A program made the translations under genes and the position numbers. This document shows, in pieces, positions 61,456 to 64,000 of a DNA stretch of 64,000 bases. Each line of letters opens with the position of its first letter. The first letter of the stretch is position 1. The notes beneath the pieces were generated by a model that had not been told where the DNA came from, ran no database searches, and worked only from the letters and a program-made list of their open reading frames with translations. This DNA is from Pseudomonadota bacterium. GTDB lineage: Bacteria; Pseudomonadota; Alphaproteobacteria; MPNO01; UBA830. The DNA lies in NCBI GenBank assembly GCA_036336685.1, contig JAYZFO010000020.1:8273-72272 (forward strand), in the 5' to 3' direction.

Positions 61456-61971
61456 ATGCCGATTGTTTTGTTATTAATGTTTATAGGGGTTCCTTTACTC
61501 GAAATTGTTCTTTTTATCGAAATTGGCGATTTTATCGGTCTATGGCCAACCATATTTATTGTATTAGTGACGGCTATTTGCGGGACGATACTCCTGCGTA
61601 TTCAGGGTTTGACAATCGTTAGAAGCTTTCAAACGAGTCTTGCTCGACGCGAACTTCCTGTTCAAGAAGTCTTTAACGGTTTGTGTTTACTAATAGCTAG
61701 CATTTTACTTTTAACACCAGGTTTCTTTACAGATGCTATCGGATTTTTGTTTCTTATACCCGGTGGTCGCCAACTCATCGGTAACGCTTTCTCGCGGTGG
61801 GTGGTGCGATACGCTAATATCCAATTTCACACAAATGCCGAAGTGAATGTAACTTCGACCAATTCAAAAAACCACGCAACCCGCCAGGGAAAGCCCGGCC
61901 TTGTGATTGACGGAGATTATGAAGAAATTGGCCCCCAAAGCCCTTCGGTTGATAACGTAAATAAAGACTAA
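61456..61971 (+). CDS. fxsA: FxsA family membrane protein
   Basis: MPIVLLLMFIGVPLLEIVLFIEIGDFIGLWPTIFIVLVTAICGTILLRIQG and LLLTPGFFTDAIGFLFLIP. Confidence 0.75.
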   Translation: MPIVLLLMFIGVPLLEIVLFIEIGDFIGLWPTIFIVLVTAICGTILLRIQGLTIVRSFQTSLARRELPVQEVFNGLCLLIASILLLTPGFFTDAIGFLFLIPGGRQLIGNAFSRWVVRYANIQFHTNAEVNVTSTNSKNHATRQGKPGLVIDGDYEEIGPQSPSVDNVNKD

Positions 61972-61984
61972 AGCGGGTTCGTTG

Positions 61985-62503
61985 TTACCCGTGTTTCTGG
62001 GAATTTGGTACGCATCGAGATAGTGTTGTTGGCGCACTTCCTTTTAGCCTAGTATTGACATAATCAACCCGTAAGTCATCGTTCTTTGAATATAAAAAAA
62101 CCTCTAAAACACAGGATTGACCCTGATAGCGCCAAAATTCTGCCGGTGGGTCTTTACGGATAAATATTGGCGGGCCGAAAATGTCTAAAATCTCCGCATC
62201 AGTCAGTCCAATGAGTACTTTTGGTAATTTAACTAATTTAGGCGGCGGTATTGGTCTGGGTATATTTTCTACGACTGAAGTGGAGGTTGCTTCGGGTTTC
62301 ATTGGGGCTGCCTTTGCCGGTTTCATTGGGGCTGCCTTTGCCGGTTTCTCAATGGGCGCGGGCTTTGCCGGCTTCTCAATGGGCGCGGGCTTTATTTTGA
62401 TGCTATTAACTGTGGTTTTGCCATGTTGCTTCTCGCAGGCGGACACGCTGAGCAAAACCACAAATAGTAACCGAGAGGTCTTTACGAGTATTGTTTGAGG
62501 CAT
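61985..62503 (-). CDS. Hypothetical lipoprotein with Lys/Pro/Ala tandem-repeat linker
   Basis: Lipobox LSVSAC, repeats KPAPIEKPA x2 and KAAPMKPA x2, and a small C-terminal globular domain (…FWRYQGQSCVLEVFLY…). I recognise no family. Confidence 0.5.
   Translation of the reverse strand: MPQTILVKTSRLLFVVLLSVSACEKQHGKTTVNSIKIKPAPIEKPAKPAPIEKPAKAAPMKPAKAAPMKPEATSTSVVENIPRPIPPPKLVKLPKVLIGLTDAEILDIFGPPIFIRKDPPAEFWRYQGQSCVLEVFLYSKNDDLRVDYVNTRLKGSAPTTLSRCVPNSQKHG
62295..62396. repeat. Two adjacent tandem duplications (24-bp unit x2 at 62295-62342; 27-bp unit x2 at 62343-62396)
   Basis: GGTTTCATTGGGGCTGCCTTTGCC x2, followed by GG(T/C)TTCTCAATGGGCGCGGGCTTT(GCC/ATT) x2. Confidence 0.9.
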
Positions 62504-62513
62504 GCAATAATTT

Positions 62514-63011
62514 TCATTGATCTAGCGCCAATTTATCGAAAAGGTTAAGGTCGCCAATTATCTCTCCACCTCGTTCTATCTCGAGTTTTGCATAACGCAC
62601 GGTTCCGGTCACCCGACCGGTTGATCGGACAATTAAAAGTTCGCGAGCGGTTAATGCACCATCAAAATGACCACTTACTTCTGCTAACTCCACGGCCGCA
62701 GAACCCTTGAATGTTCCAGTCGCGGCTATTTCTATCTCGCGACAATCCTCTAGATCCGCTTCAACTCTTCCTTCTATGATGAGGCGGTCACAAGCACTGA
62801 TATTGCCAGTCAAATGTATTTCACTACCAACAATAAGCTTTTTACTTTCTGGGCTAGCAAGGTTGCTGGTATTACTTATCGTATGTGGCGCGTGGGTCGG
62901 TCGTTTTATCTCGACCGGTCTCGGAGAATTTAGTTCATCGGCGGCCCTTGGTGGTCTTCTCGGAATAGTGGCAGAAAGTTCGGTGTGGGTAGTGCTGTCA
63001 CGATCTGCCAT
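62514..63011 (-). CDS. Bactofilin (polymer-forming cytoskeletal protein, DUF583)
   Basis: Beta-helical repeat pattern LIVGSEIHLTGNISACDRLIIEGRVEADL...FKGSAAVELAEVSGHFDGAL...VTGTVRYAKLEIERGGEIIGDL, with a disordered Pro/Arg-rich N-terminus. Confidence 0.8.
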   Translation of the reverse strand: MADRDSTTHTELSATIPRRPPRAADELNSPRPVEIKRPTHAPHTISNTSNLASPESKKLIVGSEIHLTGNISACDRLIIEGRVEADLEDCREIEIAATGTFKGSAAVELAEVSGHFDGALTARELLIVRSTGRVTGTVRYAKLEIERGGEIIGDLNLFDKLALDQ

Positions 63012-63049
63012 GGTTATGTCTCTCTGTTTGTACCCCTTTGAGGGTAAGG

Positions 63050-63739
63050 TTATTGGTCATCAGCCCCTGTTCGAACACGTTCAAAGTTGTGAACCATATA
63101 GGCGGCGGCGATTATCGGCATTAGCCAGTTTATTAACGGTATCATCATTAAAATACTGACAACAATACCATACCCCCATATACGTTTTTTATAACGTATC
63201 CGAAGGGCACGCGCAGCCGGTGGTTCCAACCTACGAACCGCTACTAATTCGAAATACTCCCTGCCTATAAGATAACCATTAACGAGCAAGAAAACAAAGG
63301 GAATGAGCGGCGCCAGAACAACTGTCATTAGCATGCTTGGTACTATTATAACCAAGAGTACCAAGTTTAGGCTCACCGATATAAATGTAAACCGAAGGGC
63401 ATAACTAACAATTTCACTGAGCGCCTCGTCACGCACATCGCCCAAATGCGGGTAATGTTGAGCTTCCACTGCAGAAGCTACCTGGTTCAAATAGAAAGAA
63501 ATAATTAAACCGGCCAGGCTCGGGAAAATAAATAATCCAAGTAGGAAGGCACCGCTAGTGCCCAGTATAGTTATGGAGCTGTCAATCCAGTTTATTCCCG
63601 TAATAGAAATTGCTTCTAATAGAAGGTTTATACCTATCACTGTTATGAAAAAAACCAGTACACTAACAAGACCCGCCCGAAAAACGATTTTCTGGACCCT
63701 TGAATCAGAGAGCTGGTATATCGACTTGATTAATCCCAA
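63050..63739 (-). CDS. EI24/CysZ-family membrane protein
   Basis: Multi-TM, with FLLVNGYLIGREYFELVAVRR and IPLINWLMPIIAAAYMVHNF typical of the EI24 domain. Confidence 0.6.
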   Translation of the reverse strand: MGLIKSIYQLSDSRVQKIVFRAGLVSVLVFFITVIGINLLLEAISITGINWIDSSITILGTSGAFLLGLFIFPSLAGLIISFYLNQVASAVEAQHYPHLGDVRDEALSEIVSYALRFTFISVSLNLVLLVIIVPSMLMTVVLAPLIPFVFLLVNGYLIGREYFELVAVRRLEPPAARALRIRYKKRIWGYGIVVSILMMIPLINWLMPIIAAAYMVHNFERVRTGADDQ

Positions 63740-63891
63740 AGGTTTTTTCCACTATTTAGGATGGATAATACTTCGATTCCGTCTTAAATCGAGGGTATTA
63801 TGCGTCCACTGGGCCCTTATTAGTCTAATTGCTCGACCCGGTGGCGAAGTTATACTGTAGATTGCAAATTCATATTGTCTTGGGAGTTTAA

Positions 63892-64000
63892 ATGTCTGAC
63901 ACGCCGTTTGACGTTACGGGGGTTGGTAACGCGATCGTAGATGTTATTACAAGTATTGAAGAATCAGAACTTGTGCGCCTTGGTCTGAACAAAGGTACTA
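63892..64000 (+). CDS. PfkB-family carbohydrate/adenosine kinase, N-terminal fragment (continues beyond window)
   Basis: MSDTPFDVTGVGNAIVDVITSIEESELVRLGLNKGT, a PfkB N-terminal Gly-rich motif as in alphaproteobacterial adenosine kinases. Confidence 0.6.
   Translation, partial: MSDTPFDVTGVGNAIVDVITSIEESELVRLGLNKGT

Noticed and set aside
61302-61553. 83-aa minus-strand ORF in the Tim44-like/fxsA intergenic region, overlapping the fxsA start.
   Set aside because: It has no RBS or motif, an odd composition, and overlaps the well-supported fxsA N-terminus in antisense.
63765-63801. Imperfect inverted repeat ATAATAC-TTCGATT ... AATCGA-GG-GTATTAT between the EI24-like gene and the kinase gene.
   Set aside because: The stem is bulged and AT-rich, and it sits between divergent genes. 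That is too weak to call a regulatory hairpin or operator without comparative data.
1-64000. Search for tRNA/rRNA genes, CRISPR arrays, IS elements or integrases, phage genes, toxin-antitoxin pairs, and defence or biosynthetic gene clusters.
   Set aside because: I saw no T-loop/acceptor-like tRNA signatures, no regularly spaced repeats, and no transposase, integrase or phage-like ORFs. Every ORF above about 150 aa is accounted for by a housekeeping-type assignment, so I do not claim a novel system here.

Overview
This window reads as a core, origin-proximal segment of an alphaproteobacterial chromosome, slightly AT-leaning by eye (composition not computed). It holds about 70 protein genes, and almost all are recognisable housekeeping functions. 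The defining block is parB-parA-rsmG-mnmG-mnmE ... rho-hemJ-hemH-hemE on the minus strand. It is followed by a 418-bp AT-rich non-coding gap (26608-27025), then DUF299/ppsR-like-maf-aroE-coaE-dnaQ on the plus strand. This is the gene neighbourhood of the hemE-type origin mapped in Caulobacter. Two perfect 16-bp parS palindromes lie 8-10 kb to the left, so I call the gap the probable oriC. Other blocks:
- ftsK(3' end)-lolA
- a Cu P-type ATPase
- leuS-lptE-holA
- hrcA-grpE-egtB-dnaK-dnaJ-dapB
- rph-rdgB-hemW
- lpoA-like / rsmI / BON lipoprotein
- gshB
- hisB-hisH-GNAT-hisA-hisF-hisE-HIT
- hslVU
- smr-mltA-Tim44-like
- fxsA
- a bactofilin
I found no rRNA, tRNA, CRISPR array, transposase, integrase, or recognisable defence or secondary-metabolite cluster. 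I do not see a convincing novel multi-gene system. The items worth a second look are smaller:
- the origin and its internal repeats
- an orphan OmpR-type regulator lacking its phospho-acceptor Asp
- a lone egtB inside the heat-shock cluster
- an SDR-fold and an M20-fold protein whose catalytic residues appear substituted
- a GNAT gene translationally coupled inside the his operon
- several operator-like palindromes and coding tandem repeats
All functional calls come from reading the translated ORFs and motifs by eye. No database search was run.
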